From positions 45,443 to 109,442 of the forward strand of contig JAFUKG010000043.1 in the NCBI GenBank assembly GCA_017467865.1: DNA of 64,000 nt, written 5' to 3'. Positions 16,461 to 26,095 of this stretch are shown piece after piece (the first letter of the stretch is position 1; each line of letters opens with the position of its first letter). The notes below the pieces were generated by a model. It saw nothing but the letters and a program-made list of their open reading frames with translations. It did not search any database and was not told where the DNA came from. This DNA comes from Clostridia bacterium (lineage in GTDB: Bacteria > Bacillota > Clostridia > Oscillospirales > SIG627). Made by a program: the position numbers and the translations under genes.

Positions 16461-16676
16461 CTATTTTTGCACATTGTGATTATTTGTTCTGTCAAGTAAG
16501 TAATCTATACTCACGTTATAGTAATCTGCTAATTTTATCAAAATTTCTGCTGTCAATGAAATAACACCTGTTTCGTATTGCGAATATGTGTTTTGAGAAA
16601 CGTTTAAATATTTTGCGATTTCCTTTTGCTTTATATCTCTATCTTCTCGTATCCCTCTTAAATTCTTGAATTGCAT
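16461..16676 (-). CDS. XRE-family HTH regulator
   Basis: MQFKNLRGIREDRDIKQKEIAKYLNVSQNTYSQYETG. Start placed at ATG 16676, 5 nt after AGAGGTGA. Confidence 0.85.
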   Translation of the reverse strand: MQFKNLRGIREDRDIKQKEIAKYLNVSQNTYSQYETGVISLTAEILIKLADYYNVSIDYLLDRTNNHNVQK

Positions 16677-16702
16677 AATAATCACCTCTTGATTATTATG
16701 CA

Positions 16703-16780
16703 ATATCTGTAATAAAGATATTGACTTTTATCTGTAATACAGATATAATATATTTGTCGATTGACTTCGACAAATATATT
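16703..16780 (+). promoter_or_regulatory. Divergent promoter/operator region
   Basis: TTGACT (16721-26), 17-nt spacer, TATAAT (16744-49). The palindrome TATCTGTA-A-TACAGATA (16729-45) fills the spacer, and a second TATCTGTAAT lies at 16704. Downstream is a 14-bp-arm palindrome AATATATTTGTCGA-ttgact-TCGACAAATATATT (16747-80). Confidence 0.6.
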
Positions 16781-16794
16781 ATGGAGGGCTTTAT

Positions 16795-17283
16795 ATGCAA
16801 CCTATACTGTACATGACATCTTTACTAACTTTTTACTTAAAGGGGGAAATTCACAAGGATCAGAATTTTATTAATTTGAAAAAGCCAAACACAATTTTAA
16901 GTTTTATTCCTTTGGGCGCCAAAAAAGATTCAATACCTGTTTCACAATTATCATCTGTTGAATCAAATTTTAAACTCCACTTGGGTTCATTAATTCTCGG
17001 AGCAATTATTGCTATTGTTGGTTTAGGTATGATTTCTGAAAGCTTTGTAGTTGCGTTGATTTTTATGTTGATAGGTGTAAACAAAGCGATAACTGCTTTT
17101 GAAACCATCCTTACTATAACGACAACCGACGGATATGCAAGAGACATTTCTTTCTTAATTTTTGAAAAATCGAAGGCAGAATTAGCCGAAACTCAAATCA
17201 AACAAATTATTTCTGACAGATTGGATGATACTAACAATCGAGTTCAAACAGATAGAATAGTAGAAACAAATAGCAATAAGTAA
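16795..17283 (+). CDS. Hypothetical membrane protein (two central TM helices)
   Basis: 162-aa ORF 7 nt after GGAGGG. Hydrophobic core LGSLILGAIIAIVGLGMISESFVVALIFMLIGV. No family recognised. Confidence 0.6.
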   Translation: MQPILYMTSLLTFYLKGEIHKDQNFINLKKPNTILSFIPLGAKKDSIPVSQLSSVESNFKLHLGSLILGAIIAIVGLGMISESFVVALIFMLIGVNKAITAFETILTITTTDGYARDISFLIFEKSKAELAETQIKQIISDRLDDTNNRVQTDRIVETNSNK

Positions 17284-17399
17284 CATTGTCAATTCACCTG
17301 TTTTTGCAAAATATGTAACCCGCTATGGGACTGTATCAAAATTCGCAATTAATTTGTGGTCGGCAAATTTTCTTCACTCTTAACTATCACTTATTACTT

Positions 17400-17435
17400 A
17401 AAGATAAAAGGAGCTTTCGCTCCTTTTATCTTTTC
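17400..17435. terminator. Bidirectional hairpin terminator
   Basis: AAGATAAAAGGAGC-tttc-GCTCCTTTTATCTT. Contains the stop codon of the minus-strand gene. Confidence 0.6.
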
Positions 17436-17845
17436 ACCATATATACGAAAAACACTGTAATTGACAGGAAAATTAAAATTATGCTCACCAATCCAAGGGT
17501 TATGGCAATCTGAGAGGTCATAGAGGATGCGATGAAATAAAGCGCGAAGCCGAGAGCTCCGAGGATAAAGGAGACAAGTGACAGTTTAGTTTTAATTCCC
17601 GTGTTCTCACCGCATTTCAAGAGTACCATTTCTTTTATGAAGCTTGTGACGTTCATAACGGCAAAAATGACGGGGCAAGAGAACATCATAATAAATGCCA
17701 GATTTGTAGTGTAGTTATAGGTCAGGAGTCCTGCTTCGTTATGTTTGTTCATAAAGTACGCTAAAAAGAAGTCTGCGACAATAATACTGACCCCTGAGAT
17801 TATCATTATATTTCTTGCGATTTTTTCTATTCTTTCTTTTTTCAT
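17426..17845 (-). CDS. Hypothetical polytopic membrane protein
   Basis: 139 aa counted from ATG 17845, 7 nt after AGGAGGG. Four predicted hydrophobic segments. Confidence 0.6.
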   Translation of the reverse strand: MKKERIEKIARNIMIISGVSIIVADFFLAYFMNKHNEAGLLTYNYTTNLAFIMMFSCPVIFAVMNVTSFIKEMVLLKCGENTGIKTKLSLVSFILGALGFALYFIASSMTSQIAITLGLVSIILIFLSITVFFVYMVKR

Positions 17846-17896
17846 ATAAATCCCTCCTTTATAGCTTATTATAATAAAGGAGCGATAAAAAGTCAA

Positions 17897-19432
17897 TTAC
17901 TTTGAAAAAGCACGTCTGACGAGCTTATAGTCGTTGAGAGTCAGACAGCCCGATACACGCATGATGAGAAGATAGATGAGGGCGGAAATGATGAAGGCGA
18001 CGATAAGGGAAAAGATATTTTCTCCCACCGCTGAGTGAAAAAACATAAGCAAGGTTCGGGTCAGGGTTACCGAAAGTGTGACCGAGAGGATAGGCTTTAC
18101 AAACCATTTGAAGGCTTTCACGGGAGCGCCCGTTCTTTTTACAAGCTTACAAGAGGACATAATGCAGTTCATGACCTCTCCGAACCACACCACGAAAACG
18201 TAGCCCGAAAGTCCGAAGAGAGGCACGAGGAAGTAAACGAGGAGCACGCTTGTCACCGAGTCGATGATATTATATTTTACCACGCTTACCTGCTCGTTGA
18301 GTCCCTTCAGAATTGCGTCGGCAAGGTGGTCGTAGAGCATAAAGACGACGAGGGGAGCAAGAAGCTTTATATAAAATCCGCACTCGGTGCTGTTATAGAA
18401 AACGTTACCGATTTCGTAGGCAAAGCCGAACAAAATACCCGCAACGCCCACTCCGAAATAAGAGGTGAGCTCCATAACCTTAGATGTGAGTCTTTTCAAC
18501 CGCCTTTTATCCTCTGACACTCCTGCTGCGGCAAATTCGGGGACAAGCAGGTCGGAGGCGGCATAGAGAAAAGCAGAGGGGAACATAATGACGGGGAACA
18601 CCATACCGCTTATCATTCCATAAAGACCCAAAGCACGGGAAGGGTCCACTCCCCTTTTTCTAAGTCCTCGGGGTATCATCATATGTTCTATGGACAAAAG
18701 GGAGGAGCGTATAACCGAGCTAACGGCGACGGGCAGAGCAATATAAGCGATACGCCCGCCCAGCTTCGTTTTATGATGCTCGCCGTGAGATAGCTGTTTT
18801 TTATCTTTATTATAGAAAATATAAGTTACAAGAAAGCTTACAACCTCGGCAAAAATTCCGCCGATGACAAGTGAGAGGCAGGCATACTCCAAGTTTTCTC
18901 CGTCAAAATTACGAAGCATAAAATAGGTGGTGGAAATTCTCACAAGCTGGTCAAGGAAGAGTCCTACGGCGTTTTTGGAAACGCGGGCAACCGCAGTAAA
19001 GTATGCGCCGATAACCGAGGACATAACCACAAAGGGAAAGCTTATCGCCATGGCGCGGATAGACACCACAGTTCTCATATCCCCCAGAAAAGCCGATGCA
19101 AAGAAGTCGGCAAACAAGAGAAAAACCGAAGCGATTGTTATTCCAAAGCCGAAGGACAGCCAAAGACAGCGCTCAGCTGCACGAAGGGCTTCCCTCGGGT
19201 TTTTCTTCTCTATCTCCTCGGCGATAATACGAGTTGCGGCAAAGCCGATGCCTGCCGAGGACAGCGTTATCCCAAGTCGGTAAACCGAGAGAGTGAGCTG
19301 ATATATTCCTATGCCCTCTTCCCCTACCGTTCTTGAAAGATAGACGGAAAAGTAGAGTGATATTATTCTGAGGACTACTGTTGTAATCACCATAAGTGAT
19401 GCATTATAAAAGAATTTTCGTATTTTTTTCAT
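17897..19432 (-). CDS. MOP-superfamily flippase (polysaccharide biosynthesis protein, SpoVB-like)
   Basis: 511 aa with about 14 TM segments. The N-terminus NASLMVITTVVLRIISLYFSVYLSRTVGEEGIGIYQL is typical of SpoVB/MurJ-like proteins. Confidence 0.75.
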   Translation of the reverse strand: MKKIRKFFYNASLMVITTVVLRIISLYFSVYLSRTVGEEGIGIYQLTLSVYRLGITLSSAGIGFAATRIIAEEIEKKNPREALRAAERCLWLSFGFGITIASVFLLFADFFASAFLGDMRTVVSIRAMAISFPFVVMSSVIGAYFTAVARVSKNAVGLFLDQLVRISTTYFMLRNFDGENLEYACLSLVIGGIFAEVVSFLVTYIFYNKDKKQLSHGEHHKTKLGGRIAYIALPVAVSSVIRSSLLSIEHMMIPRGLRKRGVDPSRALGLYGMISGMVFPVIMFPSAFLYAASDLLVPEFAAAGVSEDKRRLKRLTSKVMELTSYFGVGVAGILFGFAYEIGNVFYNSTECGFYIKLLAPLVVFMLYDHLADAILKGLNEQVSVVKYNIIDSVTSVLLVYFLVPLFGLSGYVFVVWFGEVMNCIMSSCKLVKRTGAPVKAFKWFVKPILSVTLSVTLTRTLLMFFHSAVGENIFSLIVAFIISALIYLLIMRVSGCLTLNDYKLVRRAFSK

Positions 19433-19460
19433 ACTGAATTGTATGAAAAAAGAGTGTTCT

Positions 19461-20276
19461 TTAGAACACTCTTAATATACTTGTTATAGCATCAATTATA
19501 TCTCTTGCCATGACACTGCGCTCACCCAAGCGCTCCCCTGCCCTCTCACCTGCCTTACCGTGAAGGAAGGCGGAGTAAGGCACGGCTTCTTCAATGGGCA
19601 GACCGCCCGCAAGAAACGCCGAGATAATACCTGTAAGAACGTCACCCGAGCCTCCCGTTGAAAGAGAGGAGTTACCCGTGGTATTCCGATAGAGCTCTCC
19701 GTTATAAAGGGCTACATAGGAGACGTTTGATTTCGCAATTATATTCGTGTTATATTCAGAAGCGAAGTCTGTTGCCGCCTTTTCAAGATTATTCTTAACG
19801 TAGGAAACATCAAGACTCATAAGCCTTGACAGCTCTGCCACGTGGGGAGTGACGACGTTTTTCGGAGAAAGGAGCGTCAAAAGGTCGGGATTTTCCGCCA
19901 TAAGATTAAGGGCATCGGCATCCACCACCGTGGGAACACGGCTTTCGGTTAAAACTCTTTCCACTATCCTTGATGCGGCAACGCTTTTACCCATACCAAC
20001 GCCGAGAACGATGGCATCGGCTTTCTTCAAGTCAAGGCTTTCCCAATCTGAAAAAATCGCTTCGGGGATAAGCGTTTGCAGTACAACTCTGTTATCTTTA
20101 TGAGAGCATATCTCCACAAGCCCTGCGCCGCTTCGGTAGGCGCTTTCAGCCGAAAAAGCCACAGCCCCTGCCATACCGCGGTCTCCGCCGATAACAAGGA
20201 TCCGTCCTGCATCCCCTTTATTGGTAACAAGGCTTCTGTCAGGAAGCTTTATATCCTCAAATTTAATTTCCTTCAT
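19461..20276 (-). CDS. nnrD: ADP-dependent NAD(P)H-hydrate dehydratase (YjeF C-terminal type)
   Basis: 271 aa with the GGSGDVLTG motif and a carbohydrate-kinase fold pattern. Confidence 0.85.
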   Translation of the reverse strand: MKEIKFEDIKLPDRSLVTNKGDAGRILVIGGDRGMAGAVAFSAESAYRSGAGLVEICSHKDNRVVLQTLIPEAIFSDWESLDLKKADAIVLGVGMGKSVAASRIVERVLTESRVPTVVDADALNLMAENPDLLTLLSPKNVVTPHVAELSRLMSLDVSYVKNNLEKAATDFASEYNTNIIAKSNVSYVALYNGELYRNTTGNSSLSTGGSGDVLTGIISAFLAGGLPIEEAVPYSAFLHGKAGERAGERLGERSVMARDIIDAITSILRVF

Positions 20277-20282
20277 AGTTCC

Positions 20283-21164
20283 TCACACAATAAGATTTAC
20301 TGCGGAATGAATATTTTTCAAAACGACCTCGCCGTTTGACTCGGCGTGCTCGCCGTCAAGCGCCCACTCAAGCTTTTCCTTGGTTTTCACCTTTACGGTT
20401 GGGGCGTGTAAAAAGGTTATATGCTTTTCGCTGTAATCCCCGTTTTTCAGAGCGAGGAAAATTTTAGGTAAGTCTACAAGAAGGCGGGGCATACGTATAA
20501 GAAGTATCTCAAACTCTCCGTCTGACAAATTAACAAGCTTTTCGTCAAGCTTTATAAGACCTGCAATAGAGGTAGAGTTACATATTGCACCAAAAAGATA
20601 ATCGTCCTCGTAAACCTTGCCGTTAGCTTCAAGGCGCACGTGATAGGGCTTGATAGAAGCAAGGTCGGTTATTCCTTCAAGAACGTAAGCGGAATGACCG
20701 AAAACGTTCTTCATCTGCTGTTGGGTGGAATAAGAGGTACTTGTAAACGCGCCAAAGGAAGCGATATATGAAAAATAAGAGTCCCCGAATTTACCTACGT
20801 CGAAGGGGCGGGGGGTGCCTGCGGTAATGTTGGCGGCGGCGGTAACGGGATTTTGAGAAAGCCCGAGAGTTGAGGCAAAGTCGTTGGTAGTGCCTGCAGG
20901 GATATATCCGATAGGCAGAGTAAGCCCTGCTTCAAGCATACCCGTAATAAGCTCGTTATAAGTGCCGTCTCCTCCTCCGCATACAACTATGTCATAGTTT
21001 TTGCCCGAGGCTTTAACCTTTTCGGCGGCGTCTCCCTTTTTGTTGGTAAGATAGATATCAACGTCGCAGTCGCCATGGTAAAAGGCACGGTCTATCTCGA
21101 GTAGATCCTTCATTATTTTCATTTTTCCCGCACAGGGGTTTACGATAAAGAGAACTTTTTTCAT
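20283..21164 (-). CDS. Diacylglycerol/lipid kinase family protein (YegS/DagK-like)
   Basis: NPCAGK N-terminus and GGDGT motif. Start chosen at the second ATG (MKKVLF), 8 nt after AAAGGAAA. Confidence 0.85.
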   Translation of the reverse strand: MKKVLFIVNPCAGKMKIMKDLLEIDRAFYHGDCDVDIYLTNKKGDAAEKVKASGKNYDIVVCGGGDGTYNELITGMLEAGLTLPIGYIPAGTTNDFASTLGLSQNPVTAAANITAGTPRPFDVGKFGDSYFSYIASFGAFTSTSYSTQQQMKNVFGHSAYVLEGITDLASIKPYHVRLEANGKVYEDDYLFGAICNSTSIAGLIKLDEKLVNLSDGEFEILLIRMPRLLVDLPKIFLALKNGDYSEKHITFLHAPTVKVKTKEKLEWALDGEHAESNGEVVLKNIHSAVNLIV

Positions 21165-21293
21165 ATGCATTTTCCTTTGTGATTGTTGCTTATTTTTATT
21201 TTATAATAAGTAGTGTCAAAAGTCAATAATTATTGACAAAGAAAGGCTGTTATGCTATGATGAACTTAAATAAAACAAGCGAGGTAAGGGGCT

Positions 21294-22397
21294 ATGTATA
21301 AATCAAAATGGGACGATATTGCAAGAGAAATTCCCGAATATTTTGAAGAACACGTTGAAGAAAAAATCAAGGAAATTCACGCAAGGCAGATAGCGGCAGG
21401 TCCTAAGTCTGCCAGCTTCGGTCTTATTACCGATATTCATTGGAGAACAAATCATAAGCACTCGGCAGCCCTTCTTGACAAGGTGCTCACCGACTGTGCC
21501 ATTCCCTACTTTTTCAATGCAGGAGACCTTTTCTCGGGTCAGGGCATCTGCAAGCCCGAGGAAAATATAGAAGAGTTTATCGAGTACAGAAAGCTTTTCC
21601 ATAATATTGAGCATAAGTGTCTTATTGCCGAGGGCAATCACGATGCAGTTTACTCACTCTTTGAGGAGCCCGACTACTATGCTCAGAATATGTCGCTTTC
21701 CACTTTTTATGAATATTATTTCCGCCATCAGTCTCAATATCCCGACAGAGTTTTCGGTGAGGACGGCACATACTACTACGTTGATATAAAGTTCCAGAAG
21801 GTCAGACTTGTTGTACTTGACGGTCACGATATCCCCTCCGACGAAACGGTTGAAGAGGACAGACCTAAATACCACAAGTTCAGACAGACGGGTACGGGAA
21901 TAAGACAAGGTCAGCTTGAGTGGTTCGCAAGCGTTGCACTTGACGTGCCCGACCCTGAGTGGACGGTAGTGCTCTGCACTCACGAGTCACCTGCCGAGAT
22001 AGGTCAGGACGGGGTTCCCAATTTCAAGATGATTTATGGCATCATAGACGCTTTCCGCCGTCACACGGCATTTGAAGGCGAGTCTCGCTATGAAAATATC
22101 CCCCATTACAACGCGAAAATTTCGGTAGATTACACCGGGCGCGGCGGTGACTTCGCTATATGGGTAAGCGGTCACTCCCACTATGACACCGATGCAAAAT
22201 ACGACGGTATCATTACCACCGCCACAGTAAACGACGGAATGCACAACTCGGCAAAAAATCCTTATCCCCACGAAGCAGGTACTCCCTCGGAGCAGGCATT
22301 CGACATTTTCACAATAGACAAAAGCGCTCACAAAATCTACGTCACAAGAATAGGCTGCGGAGTTAACAGAGAATACGAATATGACGTATTCAGGTAA
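21294..22397 (+). CDS. Metallophosphoesterase-like protein, paralog 1
   Basis: TDIHW, AGDLF, EGNHD, CTHE and SGHSHYD motifs in calcineurin-like order. Confidence 0.7.
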   Translation: MYKSKWDDIAREIPEYFEEHVEEKIKEIHARQIAAGPKSASFGLITDIHWRTNHKHSAALLDKVLTDCAIPYFFNAGDLFSGQGICKPEENIEEFIEYRKLFHNIEHKCLIAEGNHDAVYSLFEEPDYYAQNMSLSTFYEYYFRHQSQYPDRVFGEDGTYYYVDIKFQKVRLVVLDGHDIPSDETVEEDRPKYHKFRQTGTGIRQGQLEWFASVALDVPDPEWTVVLCTHESPAEIGQDGVPNFKMIYGIIDAFRRHTAFEGESRYENIPHYNAKISVDYTGRGGDFAIWVSGHSHYDTDAKYDGIITTATVNDGMHNSAKNPYPHEAGTPSEQAFDIFTIDKSAHKIYVTRIGCGVNREYEYDVFR

Positions 22398-22479
22398 TTG
22401 AAAACGTTGTTTTCAATTACAATGTGTATAAACTAATACTGATTTTTAGATAGAATATCGTATTTGAAAGGAAATACTA

Positions 22480-23649
22480 ATGATAAAGGACAAATTTTAC
22501 TGTACTAAATGCTATTATCTCACAAGTGAGGACACCCCTCCCAAGGAATGTCCCATCTGTCATTCGGACAGACTTCTTTTCGACCCCGTTCCCGAAAACG
22601 CTCCTCAATTCATTCCCGAATACTTCAAAGAGCACCTTGAAGAAAAGATAGAAAAAATAAGAGAAAGACAGATTTCGGCAGGCAGAGAGTCATCCACCTT
22701 TGGGTTTGTTACCGACCTTCATTGGGCTTCCAACGAAAAGCACTCGGCGGCAATCCTTGAAAAGGTCATGGACGCTTGCGGTATTCCCTACTTCTTCACA
22801 GGGGGAGATATCGTCGTTGGCTCGGGCGTTTGCCCCAAGGACTCGCTGTTCAGAGAGCTGTCTGAATACCAAGAGAGCTTTAAGCGAATAGAAAATAAAT
22901 GCCTCATGGTTCTCGGTAATCACGACCAGGCATATTCTACCTTCCCCGTTCCCAGATACTACGTAGAAAGTCTTACAACAGATGAGACCTATGAATATTA
23001 TTTCAGACCTCAGACAGAGTATACAGACCGTGTTTTCGGGCCCACACTCGACTATTACTACGCAGATGACAAGGTACATAAGATGCGCTATATTGCCCTT
23101 AACACTCACGTAAAGGCTAACGAAGAGCTGGATGCAGAGGGCATCGGCAAGTTCTGGGCATTCAATGAAATGGGCATTATGCAGGAGCAGATAGAGTGGC
23201 TTGCAAGCGTTGCCCTTGACGTGCCCTCGTCGGATTGGACGGTATGCATATCTACTCACGAGGCAAGCTTTGTTAATATGGACGTAATTCTCGGTATCCT
23301 GGATGCATTCCGCCGTCATGAGGCTTACGAGGGTGAAGCGGTGCACCAAGACAAGCCCTACTACAACGTAAAAATTAAAGCTGACTTCAAGGGGCGCGGC
23401 GGCGACTTTGCAGTATGGGCAACGGGTCATACTCACTACGACAAGGCTCAGTACAATAACGACATACTCGTTACCGCTACCGCCAACGATTCTATGCACA
23501 ATTCTGCTAATTGGGAATTCTTCCACGTAAAAGGAACTCATACCGAGCAGGTAATCGACTTCTTCACAGTAGACAAAAAAGCCCACAAGGTATATATTAC
23601 CCGTGTAGGTGCAGGCGAAGACAGAGAATATGACTACAAGGTATTTTAA
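22480..23649 (+). CDS. Metallophosphoesterase-like protein, paralog 2, with an N-terminal zinc ribbon
   Basis: Same motif set (TDLHW, GGDIV, GNHD, STHE, GHTHYD). Roughly half of positions are identical to paralog 1 by eye. Extra N-terminal CTKC...CPIC. Confidence 0.7.
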   Translation: MIKDKFYCTKCYYLTSEDTPPKECPICHSDRLLFDPVPENAPQFIPEYFKEHLEEKIEKIRERQISAGRESSTFGFVTDLHWASNEKHSAAILEKVMDACGIPYFFTGGDIVVGSGVCPKDSLFRELSEYQESFKRIENKCLMVLGNHDQAYSTFPVPRYYVESLTTDETYEYYFRPQTEYTDRVFGPTLDYYYADDKVHKMRYIALNTHVKANEELDAEGIGKFWAFNEMGIMQEQIEWLASVALDVPSSDWTVCISTHEASFVNMDVILGILDAFRRHEAYEGEAVHQDKPYYNVKIKADFKGRGGDFAVWATGHTHYDKAQYNNDILVTATANDSMHNSANWEFFHVKGTHTEQVIDFFTVDKKAHKVYITRVGAGEDREYDYKVF

Positions 23650-23674
23650 AACTTACTGAACACAAAACAGGAAT

Positions 23675-23711
23675 GGCTGTAAAAGCTCTATGAGTTTTTA
23701 CAGCCTTTTTT
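23675..23711 (+). terminator. Intrinsic terminator after the paralog pair
   Basis: GGCTGTAAAAGCTC-tat-GAGTTTTTACAGCC followed by TTTTTT. Confidence 0.75.
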
Positions 23712-23849
23712 ATATAATGCCATAAACCTGACTTTTTTGGTAATAATATACACAAATAGTTATATAAAACGTAAGGAATTGTATGTAAGGTATAACAAAT
23801 TTGGTATATCACAATGTAAAAATCGTCATAAAGTGTTATTTATACTTTC

Positions 23850-23878
23850 TTGCTTTTGATGGAAAATTATGCTAAAAT
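23850..23878 (+). promoter_or_regulatory. Putative sigmaA promoter of the V/A-ATPase operon
   Basis: TTGCTT, 17-nt spacer, TAAAAT with a TGc extended -10. Same layout as the rnf promoter. Confidence 0.45.
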
Positions 23879-23917
23879 TTATTTTATAAGTTATTAATTC
23901 TGAAAGGAGTTATAATA

Positions 23918-24226
23918 ATGGATATTATTGAAAGCGTTCTTGCGGCGGAGAACAGTGCAAAGGCAACCGTTTCAAAAGCCGAAGAGGACGCTCGGAAAAT
24001 CGTTTCCGACGCAGAAAAGAATGCAAAGGAAGAGGCTTGGAAAATAGTTGCCGAAGCGAAAAAGAAAGCTGAAGCGCTCACTCTTAAGGCGAAGAAAGAA
24101 GCAGAAGGGGAAAAAGAGAAAATTACCATTGACGCCGAAAAAGAGGCAGTAAGAATAAAAGCGTCTGCCGAAGAAAAGCTCTCTTTGGCAACAGAAAAAT
24201 TCATATCTCTTATAGAGGTAAACTAA
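23918..24226 (+). CDS. V/A-type ATP synthase small stator subunit (G/H-like)
   Basis: 102-aa Ala/Glu/Lys-rich coiled-coil protein. First gene of the operon, as in archaeal H-I-K-E-C-F-A-B-D clusters. Confidence 0.75.
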   Translation: MDIIESVLAAENSAKATVSKAEEDARKIVSDAEKNAKEEAWKIVAEAKKKAEALTLKAKKEAEGEKEKITIDAEKEAVRIKASAEEKLSLATEKFISLIEVN

Positions 24227-26077
24227 ATGATAGCACCTATGAAAAAGGTGTCTCTTGTGTGCATGAAGGAGGACCGCGAAAAGCTTCTCTCGGCTCTTCA
24301 GCACTCGGAGCTGATAATGCTCACCGAGGGCGAGGGAGGAAGGTCGGGGGATGACCGTGACAGCACCGCACTTCAGCGCAAAGCAGACACTCTGCTCAAA
24401 GAACTGTCTAAGTTCACCAAGAAAAAGGGACTTTTTGAAGCGCTTCCCGAGGTTGACAGAAAGGATTTCGACGTTATTTCAGAGAGTGCTGTCGATGAAA
24501 TGTCCCGTCTTGAAGAAGCCTTTAAGAAAAAGGACAGGCTTGACTCTGAAATAAACGGCGCTGTTGACAAGCTTTCAGAGCTTACACGCTGGGTTCACTT
24601 TAAAAAGGACGTTTCTCTGCTTGGTGAAAGTGGCTACACAGTTACTCTTTTAGGTACTGTGCCCGTAAAAAACAATGAAAGTCTTTTGGAAATTGAGAGC
24701 CTTGGAACAGAAGAGCTTTACCGAAACGAAAAGGAATGCGTTGTTCTCGTAAGCTTTATAAAGTCAGAGGACGTGACTAAGACACTGCGTGAGCTTCAGT
24801 TTGAAGAGGCGAAGCTACCTATTAAATCGGGAGTTATTGCCGACGAGGTGAAGAGCCTTGAAGCCTTTCTCACTGAAAAGAAAAAAGAGAGAGAAGAAAG
24901 CATTTCGGAGCTGTCCGACCTTGCGAATAAGTCGAAGGCTGACGTTGAGCTTCTCTTTGAGCAGTACCGAGCACGCTCAGAGCTGTCAGAGATAAGACTT
25001 CCCGAAACTCTTGAAACAGTGGTCTTTGAAGGCTGGGTAAGAGAGGACGAGATAGAAAGGTTCAAGGAAGCCGTAAAGGAAGCCACACCTCTCTTTGACG
25101 TTGAGATAAGAGACCCCGAAGAGGGAGAAGAGGTGCCCACATCTCTGACTAACAAAAAGCTTGTCAGTCAGTTTGAGGGTATTACCAATATGTTCAATTC
25201 TCCAAAGTATGGAGACTATGACCCCAATGCCGTTATGGCACCTTGGTATTGGATAATATTCGGCATGATGATGGGTGATGCAGGATACGGACTTATGATG
25301 GCGGTGTTCATCCTTTTAGGCAAAAAATTGATGAAGCCTCGCGGAGAGACGGCAAAGCTTATGAACGTTATGCTTTATTCCTCCATTACCACCATTATTT
25401 TCGGTGTGCTTTTCGGAAGCTATTTCGGTGAAGAGCTTTTCCCGTCAGTGCTTCCCTTTACCGCAATGGAGGACCCTGTAAAGATGCTGATAATTACCAT
25501 AGTAGTTGGTGTTCTTCACATCTTCACCGGAATGATAACGAAAATAGTTTTGCTTATAAAAGAAGGACTTTGGCTTGAAGCCATATTCGATCAGGTTTCC
25601 TGGATGATGATAATACTCGGTATCGGATTTATCTTCTTGCCCAATATGACCACGGCAGGAATAGTAATTGCCGTTATCGGTGCGCTGATTGTACTCCTTA
25701 CGGGAGGCAGAAGCAAGAAAGGCATCCTCGGAAAGGCTACCGGCGGAATTATAAGCCTTTACGGCATTACAAGCTATTTCAGCGATATTCTTTCTTATTC
25801 GAGAATTCTTGCACTCGGTCTTGCAACGGGAGTTGTAGGAATGGTTATGAATATGCTGGCAGGAATGATTCAGGGAAGCGTTATAGGATTTATCCTTTCT
25901 CTTCTCATCTACGTTATCGGCCACGTATTCAATCTGGTACTCGGACTGCTTTCGGCATACGTACATGATTGCCGACTTCAGTACATTGAGTTTTACGGCA
26001 AGTTTTACGAGGGCGGAGGCGTCCCCTTCAGACCCTTTAAAATAAGAACAAACTATATTAACATCAAAAAAGATTAA
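24227..26077 (+). CDS. ntpI: V/A-type ATP synthase subunit I
   Basis: 616 aa with a soluble N-terminal half and a polytopic C-terminal half ending ..RLQYIEFYGKFYEGGG. Confidence 0.9.
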   Translation: MIAPMKKVSLVCMKEDREKLLSALQHSELIMLTEGEGGRSGDDRDSTALQRKADTLLKELSKFTKKKGLFEALPEVDRKDFDVISESAVDEMSRLEEAFKKKDRLDSEINGAVDKLSELTRWVHFKKDVSLLGESGYTVTLLGTVPVKNNESLLEIESLGTEELYRNEKECVVLVSFIKSEDVTKTLRELQFEEAKLPIKSGVIADEVKSLEAFLTEKKKEREESISELSDLANKSKADVELLFEQYRARSELSEIRLPETLETVVFEGWVREDEIERFKEAVKEATPLFDVEIRDPEEGEEVPTSLTNKKLVSQFEGITNMFNSPKYGDYDPNAVMAPWYWIIFGMMMGDAGYGLMMAVFILLGKKLMKPRGETAKLMNVMLYSSITTIIFGVLFGSYFGEELFPSVLPFTAMEDPVKMLIITIVVGVLHIFTGMITKIVLLIKEGLWLEAIFDQVSWMMIILGIGFIFLPNMTTAGIVIAVIGALIVLLTGGRSKKGILGKATGGIISLYGITSYFSDILSYSRILALGLATGVVGMVMNMLAGMIQGSVIGFILSLLIYVIGHVFNLVLGLLSAYVHDCRLQYIEFYGKFYEGGGVPFRPFKIRTNYINIKKD

Positions 26078-26095
26078 TTTCAGGAGGACAAAATT

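Noticed and set aside
22690-23586. 298-aa minus-strand ORF opposite metallophosphoesterase paralog 2. Similar antisense ORFs lie at 21654-22331, 29017-29730, 30750-31601, 61131-61778 and 62517-63386.
   Set aside because: All overlap strongly supported genes on the other strand and translate to Cys/Val/Phe-rich nonsense typical of antisense frames.
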